Assembly (NCBI GenBank): GCA_001773135.1
Contig: MEVX01000008.1
Coordinates: 25,992 to 89,991 of the forward strand
DNA length: 64,000 nt
Direction of reading: 5' to 3'
Origin: a candidate division WWE3 bacterium RIFOXYB1_FULL_43_24
Lineage (GTDB): Bacteria > Patescibacteriota > WWE3 > UBA101185 > UBA10185
Numbering within the stretch: position 1 is the first letter of the stretch; the number at the start of each line of letters is the position of its first letter. A program made the position numbers and the translations under genes. The notes under the pieces are model-generated. The model had not been told where the DNA came from. It made no database searches and saw nothing but the letters and a program-made list of their open reading frames with translations. Below are positions 9,674 to 18,957 of the stretch, one piece after another.

Positions 9674-11389
9674 GATTTTTATCGAATAACTTTTGTCCCG
9701 GAAATCTTTTAACTGAATACTATCTTCTCCTTTTTTAAGGTACACGTTCATTTTTTGTCCCGGCACCAGTGTTTTTCCCTGGAGATCGTAAATAAAATAT
9801 CCGCTTGTGTTTTCTACAACATGCCTGATATTACCCCGCACAATTTGTATGGGATTAATATTTACGGCACGGGTTATCGAAAGTACCGGAGAAAAATCTT
9901 TCTCGGAGTTGGCAGTTCCTGAAAAATCAACATCAACCAGTTTTTCGTTATCTGAAAAACTGTACGCGCCCGCGGGATAAGGGTACTCGGAACTTTTTCC
10001 TTTTATTACGAAGGCGAAATGGTTTGTGTCCAACTTAGTGAAGTAGTCAGTTCCGGAAGTGGTTCCCCAAGTTGGATCTATCTGTACCCAGCCGTAAAAA
10101 GGATCGTAGTATTCCGCCCAGGAATGCAGTGTGTCGCCGCCCTTCAAACTAATCGAAATAGGCTTCTCCACATTGTCGTTTGTAAAAGCATACCCATTTA
10201 TTTCTCTTGCAGGTATTCCCATCGCTCTTGCGGTAGCTACAAAAAGATCGGTAAACTCCATGCAAGTGAAAGAACCGCGTTGTGTTAATGCCGCTACGGC
10301 CCCTTTCCTGGTTACCAGATTTTGGTTTGCCGCTGCTTGGTCGTACGTAAGATTGGAAGAAATATAGTCGTAAATCCTTCTTGTATTTTGTGAAACATTT
10401 AAGTTGGGGTCTAAAATGGATGAGGCAAAGTTCTTAATCTCATCATTATCGGATTCCCAGTACTTTTGATTCTTTGTGTATTCTCTTACCAGTTCCTTAG
10501 GTAAATCCTGTATTTTTCCACCAAAATCCGGGTTTATCTGTCTTCCCATGATTTTTGCCGAGCCTGTAAGAGTTATTTCAAGCTTACTTTTTGGCCCTAC
10601 CCAAAAAAGTGCTAAAGCATTCCCATCTTTATCGAGTCTTATTTTTCTCGGTTTGGGATCTATTGAGTCATATTTTACTTGCTGGATATTTTTGATGTCC
10701 GGAGGGAGAGCAACTTCGTACACCGAACCTAAAATTCTGTTATTTTTAAGCTGGTACTTAATGCGAAAGTTGAGGGATTGGTATTTTCCAAATGCCGCGG
10801 TTACCCCCTTAGATGAAAAACTTTCTTTTGTAAAATAATAATTATATTTACCGTTTTCAAACTTTTCGTTAGCCGGTGCCGGTGAAACGAATATCCTGGG
10901 TCCCATAGACGGAGGAACTGAGAGGACAATATTATATACGATCGTGGTATCCGGAGTATCTATACCTTGTATGTAAATATTCCACACATCTCCAATTCTG
11001 GAAGCAATTCCCTTAGTTTTGTAAGTCATTGTCACTATATTCTGTTTACCTTCCCCGATGGAGTAAGTGGAAAACGGAACTGTAATAACAATTTCATTTT
11101 TTCCCGGTGTTTCTTTACGGGCTTCGGTTTTTTTCCCGTTAGTTTGTGCAGCTATATCGTAAACATCGAGATATTTTGTTTTGAAAGAATAGGTAGTCGG
11201 CACAACATCGTTTTTTAAACTGGTAATTGTGGTGGTTTGTGATACAAAAGTTTCTCCTGAGTCCTGCACATCGTACCTGATATCGTAATTAATAATGAAA
11301 TTTTCTTCGGTCTGCGCCCCCGCTATAGGAGACAATATTACGGTCAATGTAATGACCGCCAGGAATTTTTTAAGAGCATTACCAAGCAT
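9668..11389 (-). CDS. Secreted transglutaminase-like protein (signal peptide plus transglutaminase core Cys/His/Asp)
   Basis: N-terminal signal peptide MLGNALKKFLAVITLTVILSPIAGAQ. Core motifs SFTCMEFTDLF (Cys), HSWAEYYD (His) and WVQIDPTW (Asp). It overlaps the uvrA 3' end by 6 bp; its start codon overlaps the uvrC start (CATG at 11387-11390). Confidence 0.75.
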   Translation of the reverse strand: MLGNALKKFLAVITLTVILSPIAGAQTEENFIINYDIRYDVQDSGETFVSQTTTITSLKNDVVPTTYSFKTKYLDVYDIAAQTNGKKTEARKETPGKNEIVITVPFSTYSIGEGKQNIVTMTYKTKGIASRIGDVWNIYIQGIDTPDTTIVYNIVLSVPPSMGPRIFVSPAPANEKFENGKYNYYFTKESFSSKGVTAAFGKYQSLNFRIKYQLKNNRILGSVYEVALPPDIKNIQQVKYDSIDPKPRKIRLDKDGNALALFWVGPKSKLEITLTGSAKIMGRQINPDFGGKIQDLPKELVREYTKNQKYWESDNDEIKNFASSILDPNLNVSQNTRRIYDYISSNLTYDQAAANQNLVTRKGAVAALTQRGSFTCMEFTDLFVATARAMGIPAREINGYAFTNDNVEKPISISLKGGDTLHSWAEYYDPFYGWVQIDPTWGTTSGTDYFTKLDTNHFAFVIKGKSSEYPYPAGAYSFSDNEKLVDVDFSGTANSEKDFSPVLSITRAVNINPIQIVRGNIRHVVENTSGYFIYDLQGKTLVPGQKMNVYLKKGEDSIQLKDFRDKSYSIKIL

Positions 11390-12767
11390 GGGTAAATGCT
11401 ACAATAACTTCGTGGTTTCCTCAAATCTAAAAGAAAAACTCAAGAGATTGCCTACAACACCGGGGGTCTATATTTATGAAGACTCCGGAGGCGAAATTAT
11501 ATACGTCGGTAAGGCTAAAAACCTTAAGTCACGGGTATCTTCCTACTTTGGTCTGAACCTAAATAAAAATTCTAAAACCTTCGCGCTTGTGGAGAACATC
11601 CACGATTTGAGAACTATAGAAGTAGAAAGTGAGTTGGAGGCCTTAATACTGGAAGCCGAACTAATAAAAAAACATTTGCCCCAGTTTAACATCAGTCTAA
11701 AAGACGATAAGTCCTATTTATACGTTGGGATCAGGCCGGAAAAAGTTGATGTAGATGGAAAGCCTATCAATGTTCCAAAGGTTGAAACGTTCAGAAAACC
11801 CGACACCCGAAAGTTTCAGTACCACTACGGCCCTTTTCCGGATGGAGGCACAGTGCGGCAGTTAGTAAGAACGCTCCGTAAAATATTTCCTTTCAGGGAT
11901 TGTAGCGTCAATAAATACGAGAAGTATAAAAAGTTGAAAGCGCCGTGCTTGTACGGTCATCTTGGCTTATGCCCGGCTCCCTGTGTAAACGGTATGGCCG
12001 TCTTACCGGCATATCGAAGTAATATTAGAACAATAAATAGCATCTTATCAGGAAAAACATCCAAATTAATCAAAGCTTTGGAGAAGCAGATGAAAAACTT
12101 TGCTTCTGTAGAGAACTTTGAAAAAGCAGCAGAAATTCGAAACACGCTTCAAAAATTTAAATATGTTAGACAGAGCTTCCGACTTCCGGGAGAGTATATA
12201 GAAAACCCCTACTTGCTGGATGATCTGGCAAGATCGGCGCTGGAAGATTTGGTCAAAATAATACCGGTACTTAAACAAATACCTTCAAGAATAGAGTGCT
12301 ACGACATCTCAAATATTTCCGGAAAAGAAGCAGTCGGATCGATGGTAACAGCCGTTAACGGAAGAATCGAAAAAAGGGAGTACAAAAGATTTAAGATACG
12401 AACAAAAAATACTCCCGACGATTTTTATATGATTTTTGAAGTTTTATACAGAAGACTTTCACACGAGACCGATAAAAAGAAAACCAGTTGGGGTCTTCCT
12501 TCACTCATTGTTCTCGACGGCGGAAAAGGGCAGTTATCTTCGGCCATGGCTGCGATGACCAAATTAAACTTGAATATTCCGATGATTGGGTTAGCCAAAA
12601 AGGAAGAAACGGTTGTATATTACGACGGAGTTTTTCATGAGATTGTTCCCGGAGTCAATAACCCCGGCATGAGACTCTTGATAAATCTCAGGGACGAAAG
12701 CCATAGGTTTGCTCAGAGATACCACCATATGCTAAGAAGCAGGAAAATCTTTGGTTCGGCTGAATAA
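11388..12767 (+). CDS. uvrC: Excinuclease ABC subunit C (UvrC, GIY-YIG nuclease)
   Basis: GIY-YIG region PGVYIYEDSGGEIIYVGKAKNLKSRVSSYF sits about 20 aa after the in-frame ATG at 11388. The track ORF begins at 11295, but that reading would add about 30 atypical residues. The C-terminal RNase H-like/HhH region is present. Confidence 0.9.
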   Translation: MGKCYNNFVVSSNLKEKLKRLPTTPGVYIYEDSGGEIIYVGKAKNLKSRVSSYFGLNLNKNSKTFALVENIHDLRTIEVESELEALILEAELIKKHLPQFNISLKDDKSYLYVGIRPEKVDVDGKPINVPKVETFRKPDTRKFQYHYGPFPDGGTVRQLVRTLRKIFPFRDCSVNKYEKYKKLKAPCLYGHLGLCPAPCVNGMAVLPAYRSNIRTINSILSGKTSKLIKALEKQMKNFASVENFEKAAEIRNTLQKFKYVRQSFRLPGEYIENPYLLDDLARSALEDLVKIIPVLKQIPSRIECYDISNISGKEAVGSMVTAVNGRIEKREYKRFKIRTKNTPDDFYMIFEVLYRRLSHETDKKKTSWGLPSLIVLDGGKGQLSSAMAAMTKLNLNIPMIGLAKKEETVVYYDGVFHEIVPGVNNPGMRLLINLRDESHRFAQRYHHMLRSRKIFGSAE

Positions 12768-12785
12768 CACGCTATAATTTAAAAT

Positions 12786-13196
12786 ATGAGGGGCGTAATA
12801 AAGAACCTAACGTATATTTTGATTTCACTTTTTTCCGCCAACTATGTTTTATCGTCCTTGTTTTATGGTGACGATCCGAAGACGTTTATAATAGTAGCTT
12901 TTGCGTTGAGCGTTTTGTTTTATTTGGGTAAACCCCTATTGGCCACTTTTGGGTTACCCACAAAAGGCATCGGATTTTTGTTTATCGCGACAATATTAAC
13001 AACGCTAACTCTTTATGTTCTCACTATTTTTTTGCCGGATTTTACATTAAGAGAGACGACTTTGTCGGATTTGATTATTTTTGGCTTTATGCTACCATCG
13101 AAAAGCCTTACAGCCTTTTGGTCTGCCCTATTTTCTGCTTTTATTATCTCAATGGTATATACTTTCTTCGAGTGGCTAAGCGGCTCTAAAAAATAA
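12786..13196 (+). CDS. Hypothetical 4-TM membrane protein
   Basis: 136 aa, four hydrophobic helices, no recognisable motif. Confidence 0.5.
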   Translation: MRGVIKNLTYILISLFSANYVLSSLFYGDDPKTFIIVAFALSVLFYLGKPLLATFGLPTKGIGFLFIATILTTLTLYVLTIFLPDFTLRETTLSDLIIFGFMLPSKSLTAFWSALFSAFIISMVYTFFEWLSGSKK

Positions 13197-13197
13197 T

Positions 13198-13416
13198 ATG
13201 ATGTCGATACTTAAAATAACACAGGTAATAATTTCTATAATTCTGGTACTTCTGATCCTGGTTCAAACGAAAAATGCCGGACTTTCTTCCGGTCTTAAAA
13301 ATTCGTTTACTGCCTACAGGTCATTAAGAGGTGCGGAAAAGGCAGTATTTATCTTAACTGCCGCATTAGGAGTTCTTCTTGTAGCAAATTCGTTTTTGCT
13401 AATCAAACTATCCTGA
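13198..13416 (+). CDS. secG: Preprotein translocase subunit SecG-like
   Basis: 72 aa, two TM helices, SecG-like central NAGLSSGL segment. It sits directly upstream of murA. Confidence 0.6.
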   Translation: MMSILKITQVIISIILVLLILVQTKNAGLSSGLKNSFTAYRSLRGAEKAVFILTAALGVLLVANSFLLIKLS

Positions 13417-13417
13417 C

Positions 13418-14749
13418 ATGAGCACAGCTATAATTGAAGGTGGCTCTCCTTTACTGGGCACCGTTCAGGTTTCAGGTACAAGGAATTCGGCATTAAAATT
13501 GATGGCCGCGGCAATGTTTTCAAATGACGACGTAATTCTCCAGAATGTTCCTAAAATTGACGCAGTAGAGGATGATATACAAATGATTCGTGCTCTCGGC
13601 GGGAAAGCCGATTGGGCCGGCGCCGGCAGGCTTATTCTCAACGGGTCCGGAATCACTTCTTATGAAATCCCTCTTGATCTGGGATCTAAGTACAGAACCT
13701 CTTTACTTATGGCACCCCCCTTACTTTTTAGGTTTGGTAAGGCTTCCGTTCCTAAATATAAGACAGGCTTAACCGTACCCAGACCTGTAAACAGAATTTT
13801 GGAGGTGTGGAAAACATTAGGTGTGACAATTGACGAAGACGAGAATTATTATTTTATTTCTTCTGCAAACGCTATTTCCGGGCATGTTAATTTTAAAATT
13901 CCCAGTCACATGTCAACAGACGCACTTATTATGACAGCAGCATTTCTTCCCGGAGAAACTGAAATAAATAACGCTTCGGAAGAATGCGAAATAGACGATC
14001 TTATAGAACTAATGAATGCTATGGGAGGTGCTGTGGTGCGCTCGGAGCCGCGTGTAATAAAAGTGAACGGGGTAAATGTGTTTAAAGGGGCATCCTTGGA
14101 AGTGCAGCCTGACAAAACTGAAGCTGTTATTTTCTCTATCGCGGCTTTAATTACTAAGGGAAATGTCGTTATCAAGAACATCAACAGGAATGTAATGGTT
14201 CCGCTGGTTAATTTTTTAACAAAAGTAGGAGCCAGGTACGAATTTGAGCAGAATTCAATTAAGATATGGCGGCATGACGAAGAACTCCAAGCTACGAACC
14301 TTACTATTGCGCCCACACCGGGCTTTGTTCCCGATTGGCAATCGTCCGCAACGCTCCTTTTGACGCAGTGTAGTGGTACATCTTATATACACGACACTGT
14401 ATACACAGATAGGTTTGGTTACGTGAAAGATCTAAATAGGATGGGAGCAAAAATTGAACTGTTGAAACCCTCCGAAGCAGGTATAATCTCAGTCGTTAGT
14501 GATGATACGTACGATACCGAAAGGTTAGGAGAACCATACACAGTTGCAAAAACTGTAGGTCCTGTAAAATTAAAGGGAGAGAAGCTAAACATAACAGATT
14601 TCAGGTACGGTGCGGTACACGTTTTAGCCGCACTTATCGCCGAGGGCAGAAGTGAAATTGAAGGCACAGACGTACTTGATTGTTACATAGAAAATTTTAC
14701 GTCAAAGCTTAAAAATTTAGGAGCAAAAATATGGGATCAGCGGGAATAA
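13418..14749 (+). CDS. murA: UDP-N-acetylglucosamine 1-carboxyvinyltransferase (MurA)
   Basis: 443 aa. EPSP-synthase-fold repeats with a MurA-like N-terminus (LKLMAAAMFSNDDVILQNVP). Confidence 0.9.
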   Translation: MSTAIIEGGSPLLGTVQVSGTRNSALKLMAAAMFSNDDVILQNVPKIDAVEDDIQMIRALGGKADWAGAGRLILNGSGITSYEIPLDLGSKYRTSLLMAPPLLFRFGKASVPKYKTGLTVPRPVNRILEVWKTLGVTIDEDENYYFISSANAISGHVNFKIPSHMSTDALIMTAAFLPGETEINNASEECEIDDLIELMNAMGGAVVRSEPRVIKVNGVNVFKGASLEVQPDKTEAVIFSIAALITKGNVVIKNINRNVMVPLVNFLTKVGARYEFEQNSIKIWRHDEELQATNLTIAPTPGFVPDWQSSATLLLTQCSGTSYIHDTVYTDRFGYVKDLNRMGAKIELLKPSEAGIISVVSDDTYDTERLGEPYTVAKTVGPVKLKGEKLNITDFRYGAVHVLAALIAEGRSEIEGTDVLDCYIENFTSKLKNLGAKIWDQRE

Positions 14750-15834
14750 TGTTGGATTTATTATTTTTATTTGCTGCGGGGTTGTTATCTTTCATTTTGT
14801 ATCCTATATGGATAAATTTTGTGTATAAATTTCAAATGGGAGAAGAAGTACGTGTAGATGCCCCCAGGACACACTTAATGAAGATGGGTACGCCTACAAT
14901 GGGGGGTTTAGTGCTGGTTTCTGTTGTTGCAGTTTTGACATTATTATTTAACCGCTCCCGCACACAAACCCTATTACCGATCTTTGTTGCTCTCATAGCA
15001 GGATTACTCGGGCTTTTCGAAGATTTCACAAAGGTTTACAGAAGGTCAGGACTCCCCGGTTTTTTTGAGTATCATTTACGGGGTTTATTTAAGAAAAAGA
15101 ATAGTCGACCCAAAGGATTGCTCGGCGTAGTTCTAAAACCGTGGCAATATTTTAAGGAATTCTGGCGTGTTGTGGGGAGTACAGACGCCAGCGGTATGCA
15201 GACTTACAAGAAATTTATAGTTCAGGGTCTAATCGGCGGTTTTGTAGCTTACTGGGTCTATTTTAAGCTTGGGTGGGATTATCTCTGGTTTCCTCTCGTT
15301 GGCGATGTTCATATAGGTTTTTTATACCCCATCGTTGTTTTTTTACTTTTTATCGTAATTTTGAACGCGGTTGCCTTTTCTGACGGGCTGGATGGCCTCG
15401 CAGGAGGATTATCTCTTTTCGCTTTCCTGTCCTTTTGGGCAGTGTCCAGAGTGCTTGAATACAACTCTATTGCTATTTTCTGTGCCACTTTTGTGGGAGC
15501 TCTTTTGCCCTTTCTATACTTTAATGTTTACCCCGCGAGGATATTTATGGGAAACGTAGGTTCGCATGTTCTGGGGGGCACCTTAGCTTTGTTGGCGGTT
15601 TTTCTTCACCGCGAAGTAGCATTTATTGTAATCGGCGCCGTGTTTTTATTTGACGGAATAAGCAGCCCCTTACAGCAGCTTTCGGTAAAAATTACCGGAA
15701 AAAGATTATTCCGCTATGCCCCGGTGCATCACCATTTTGAGTTGCTCGGTTGGCCGGAAACAAAGGTTACATTGAGATTTTGGTTATTCGGCGCCTTTTT
15801 TGCTTTTGCCGGTATTTTCATTGCCCTAATGTAA
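14731..15834 (+). CDS. mraY: Phospho-N-acetylmuramoyl-pentapeptide transferase (MraY)
   Basis: 367-aa polytopic membrane protein. MraY family motifs (MGTPTMGG, FSDGLDGLAGG, VHHHFE). Confidence 0.85.
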   Translation: MGSAGIMLDLLFLFAAGLLSFILYPIWINFVYKFQMGEEVRVDAPRTHLMKMGTPTMGGLVLVSVVAVLTLLFNRSRTQTLLPIFVALIAGLLGLFEDFTKVYRRSGLPGFFEYHLRGLFKKKNSRPKGLLGVVLKPWQYFKEFWRVVGSTDASGMQTYKKFIVQGLIGGFVAYWVYFKLGWDYLWFPLVGDVHIGFLYPIVVFLLFIVILNAVAFSDGLDGLAGGLSLFAFLSFWAVSRVLEYNSIAIFCATFVGALLPFLYFNVYPARIFMGNVGSHVLGGTLALLAVFLHREVAFIVIGAVFLFDGISSPLQQLSVKITGKRLFRYAPVHHHFELLGWPETKVTLRFWLFGAFFAFAGIFIALM

Positions 15835-15838
15835 CGCT

Positions 15839-17005
15839 ATGAAATCAAAAACTGTTCCCACAATGAGTAAAAAAGATAGGTCTTTCGTATTGCTAATACT
15901 GGGTTTTTTACTCTTCGGCATAATTATTATCGCTGATTCCACAATTATTCACTCTGACAGTCTTTACAACGATCCATATAGATTTGTTTTTTTACAAATC
16001 GGGTGGGTGTTAATGGGCCTGGCAGGATTCTTTTTTTTCTACAACCAGGATTACAAAAAAATTGACAAAATTACGGCATTTATGTTTGGAGCAAACATAC
16101 TGTTTCTCCTGTTACTTGCTTTCGTTGCGCTGCTTCCGTGCTCATCGGATATATTTTTTGCTCCTTGTATAAACGGGGCTAATAGATGGTTTTATCTAAA
16201 CGCTCCTCCCTTACCGAAATTACCCTTACTTGGTGTTGCGGGCTTTCAGCCCGGTGAGTTGGCAAAACTAACGCTAATAATGTACCTAAGTGTAATGTTG
16301 CCTAAAAAAATTCAGGAAAACCAAAACGTCTTTAGTTTGTACGCAGTAGCTACAGGACTGCTCTTTCTACTTATAATAGCTCAGCCCAACATGTCCACAG
16401 CTGTCATGGTTGCGGCTATAGGAACCGTCGTGTATTTTTCCTCCGGAGCCTCGATAAAACCTTTGTTATTAGCTTCTCCGGCGTTGGTGTTATTAGTTGT
16501 TTTACTGATATTAAGCTCCCCATATAGAAGAGAAAGATGGCTCACTCAATTGAAAGGTTTCGACACTACCGACAGGGCCGAAGGATACCATATAAAACAG
16601 GTTCAAATAGCACTTGGTTCAGGCGGACTTTTTGGAGTTGGGTTTGGGCAATCACGGCAAAAATATTATTACCTTCCGGAAGTTGCCTCCGATTCAATAT
16701 TTGCAATTATCGGTGAGGAATTCGGATTCTTAGGCACGGCCTTAGTAATAATAGCTTTCTCTTATCTAATCTACAGGGGTTTTGAGATAGCCAAGAACGC
16801 AAAGACACAAAGAGGAAGACTGTTAGCCTCCGGCATTACTTCCTGGATTGGCCTTCAATTTTTCGTAAATATAGGGGCAATGACCCAACTGTTGCCTTTG
16901 ACAGGTGTCCCGATACCGTTAATTTCGTACGGAGGCTCAAGCATGGTTTTTAGTTTGATGGGACTCGGTATTTTAGCTAATATTGGTAAGGATAACTCAA
17001 AATGA
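15839..17005 (+). CDS. ftsW: Lipid II flippase / peptidoglycan polymerase FtsW (SEDS family)
   Basis: 388-aa polytopic protein. SEDS motifs (PGELAKL, SDSIFAIIGEEFGF, PLISYGGSS). Positioned between mraY and murG. Confidence 0.85.
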   Translation: MKSKTVPTMSKKDRSFVLLILGFLLFGIIIIADSTIIHSDSLYNDPYRFVFLQIGWVLMGLAGFFFFYNQDYKKIDKITAFMFGANILFLLLLAFVALLPCSSDIFFAPCINGANRWFYLNAPPLPKLPLLGVAGFQPGELAKLTLIMYLSVMLPKKIQENQNVFSLYAVATGLLFLLIIAQPNMSTAVMVAAIGTVVYFSSGASIKPLLLASPALVLLVVLLILSSPYRRERWLTQLKGFDTTDRAEGYHIKQVQIALGSGGLFGVGFGQSRQKYYYLPEVASDSIFAIIGEEFGFLGTALVIIAFSYLIYRGFEIAKNAKTQRGRLLASGITSWIGLQFFVNIGAMTQLLPLTGVPIPLISYGGSSMVFSLMGLGILANIGKDNSK

Positions 17006-18129
17006 AAATTGTAATTACCGGAGGACATCATAGCTCGGCTCTGCCTGTTATTGAGGAATTTAGATCGAAATACCCCGGTACGGAAATCCACTGGTTTGGT
17101 CACAGGCGCTCTGCAGCCAGTGATAAGCATGATTCCTTGGAATTTAAAGAAATTACTAGTCTTAACATTCCCTTTTACGATCTTAAAGCGGGAAAAGTGT
17201 ATAAAACATTTAATATTATACGGTTGCTTAGGGTTCCGCTAGGTTTTCTACAAGCATGTAAGTGGTTATTAAAAATAAAACCGGATGTAATTCTTTCTTT
17301 TGGGGGTTATCTTGCGGTGCCTACTGTTATCTCGGGGTGGTTTCTCGGTATTCCCTCTATTACACACGAGCAAACCGTGGTAGTAGGTTACGCTAATAAA
17401 CTTCTCTCTAAATTTGTTAAAAAAATATGTATTGGCTGGAAGGATTCGGAGAAGTTTTTTCCCGCAAGTAAGGTAATATACTCCGGGGTACCTCTCAGAA
17501 AATCGGTGTTTGAAATAGGCTCCGATTCGTTTAATTCCGATAACAACCTTCCGACTATCTATATAACTGCCGGTAAAGCTGGCTCACATACAATAAATGA
17601 AGTTGTTAAAGAAGCACTCCCCGAGCTTTTGTCTATATGCAATGTAATACACCAAAGCGGAGATCACTCAAAATTTAATGACTACGATCAGTTGGAAATG
17701 ATTTATAAGGAGGTGGGTGGTTTGGCTAACGGTAAATTATATCTAAGGAAGTTTGTTATGGATGATGAAATCGGAGAAGCGTTCAACAAAGCATCCGTAG
17801 TAGTATCAAGATCGGGAGCGCACACCATAACCGAGCTTTTGGCTTTAGAAAAACCCTGTGTTTTAATTCCTATACCGTGGGTCAGTCATAACGAACAAAA
17901 AGAAAATGCTTTAATACTTCAAAAATATGGGTTGGCTGAGATACTGGAGGAAAAGGACTTGAACGAAGGTAGTTTATTTGCGTCGGTCACAAAAGTATTG
18001 GGGCACCTTCAGAATTACAAACTTAACGATGGGGGAGCAGCAAGTGCGGTGAATCTTAAAGCGCCGGAAATAATTGCATATGAAACCTATGAACTCGCGG
18101 ATAAACTCGCACAAAGTAATACCAAGTAG
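17002..18129 (+). CDS. murG: UDP-GlcNAc:lipid I N-acetylglucosaminyltransferase (MurG, GT28)
   Basis: 375 aa. N-terminal GGHHSSALP (G-loop variant) and a C-terminal GT-B domain. Context is ftsW-murG-ftsQ. Confidence 0.85.
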   Translation: MKIVITGGHHSSALPVIEEFRSKYPGTEIHWFGHRRSAASDKHDSLEFKEITSLNIPFYDLKAGKVYKTFNIIRLLRVPLGFLQACKWLLKIKPDVILSFGGYLAVPTVISGWFLGIPSITHEQTVVVGYANKLLSKFVKKICIGWKDSEKFFPASKVIYSGVPLRKSVFEIGSDSFNSDNNLPTIYITAGKAGSHTINEVVKEALPELLSICNVIHQSGDHSKFNDYDQLEMIYKEVGGLANGKLYLRKFVMDDEIGEAFNKASVVVSRSGAHTITELLALEKPCVLIPIPWVSHNEQKENALILQKYGLAEILEEKDLNEGSLFASVTKVLGHLQNYKLNDGGAASAVNLKAPEIIAYETYELADKLAQSNTK

Positions 18130-18943
18130 GCGCCCGATTTCTAAACAGACCAGCGGGAACCAGCTACTACTTAACAAAATAAAAAATCGTCATAGAGGAG
18201 TAAAAAGTCCGCGGGTAATAGCGAGAAAGTATAGAGCGCCCATCAATATCCTTCTGATTTTACTTATCTTAGGCTCATTTAGTTACCTGTCCTATAAATA
18301 TGTATATCTTAACCCCAGGTTTACAGTTAAGAGGGTTTCTATTGTCGGGGGTGGGAAGTTCGTTAACCTGGAGGATTTTAGAACAATTACGGAACAAAAA
18401 GTTGTAGGGCAGAGTATATTTTCAGTTGACGCAAAGGAGTTAGAGCGGACGTTGAAGAGCAATTTTCTTGGGGCAAAAAGTGTAGATGCATCTTTGGATT
18501 ACCCCGACGCCTTGGTAGTAAAAATAGAAGAACGGTTACCTGTTGCCGTAATAACTTCGGGAGAAAAAACAGCAAATCACTATCTAATAGACACCGATGG
18601 GTATATCCTGGGCGAGGTATCAGATGAATTTATGGGTCTTCCGGAAATAATATACGAAGGAGAGATACGGGTTGGGGATTTTCTGGAAGCCGGGATTGTC
18701 CCTGTAAGTATCGAGATACTGTCGGAGATAGGTAAAGCGGGATTGAACATCAGTAGCATAAGTTTCCGGGAAAGGTACTCACGGCTGCAACTGGGTTCTA
18801 CCGATGTCTATTTAAGCAATACCAAGGACGTGGGGAGCTCTGTTCAAAAACTCGAAAAACTATATAAAAATCTTACTCTTGAGGGAAAAAAGGTAATAAA
18901 AATTGATTTACGTTATGATAAAGTAATAGTATTATATGAGTAG
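18074..18943 (+). CDS. ftsQ: FtsQ/DivIB-like cell-division protein; start uncertain because the track ORF overlaps murG by 56 bp
   Basis: Basic N-terminus, single TM (INILLILLILGSFSYLSY), then a POTRA-like periplasmic domain. Sits between murG and ftsA as in dcw clusters. Confidence 0.55.
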   Translation: MHMKPMNSRINSHKVIPSRRPISKQTSGNQLLLNKIKNRHRGVKSPRVIARKYRAPINILLILLILGSFSYLSYKYVYLNPRFTVKRVSIVGGGKFVNLEDFRTITEQKVVGQSIFSVDAKELERTLKSNFLGAKSVDASLDYPDALVVKIEERLPVAVITSGEKTANHYLIDTDGYILGEVSDEFMGLPEIIYEGEIRVGDFLEAGIVPVSIEILSEIGKAGLNISSISFRERYSRLQLGSTDVYLSNTKDVGSSVQKLEKLYKNLTLEGKKVIKIDLRYDKVIVLYE

Positions 18944-18957
18944 CTTTTAACCACATT

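Noticed and set aside
12786-13196. 4-TM protein considered as a phage holin
   Set aside because: There are no flanking phage genes (endolysin, portal etc.). The gene sits between uvrC and secG/murA in a housekeeping run. Left as a hypothetical membrane protein.
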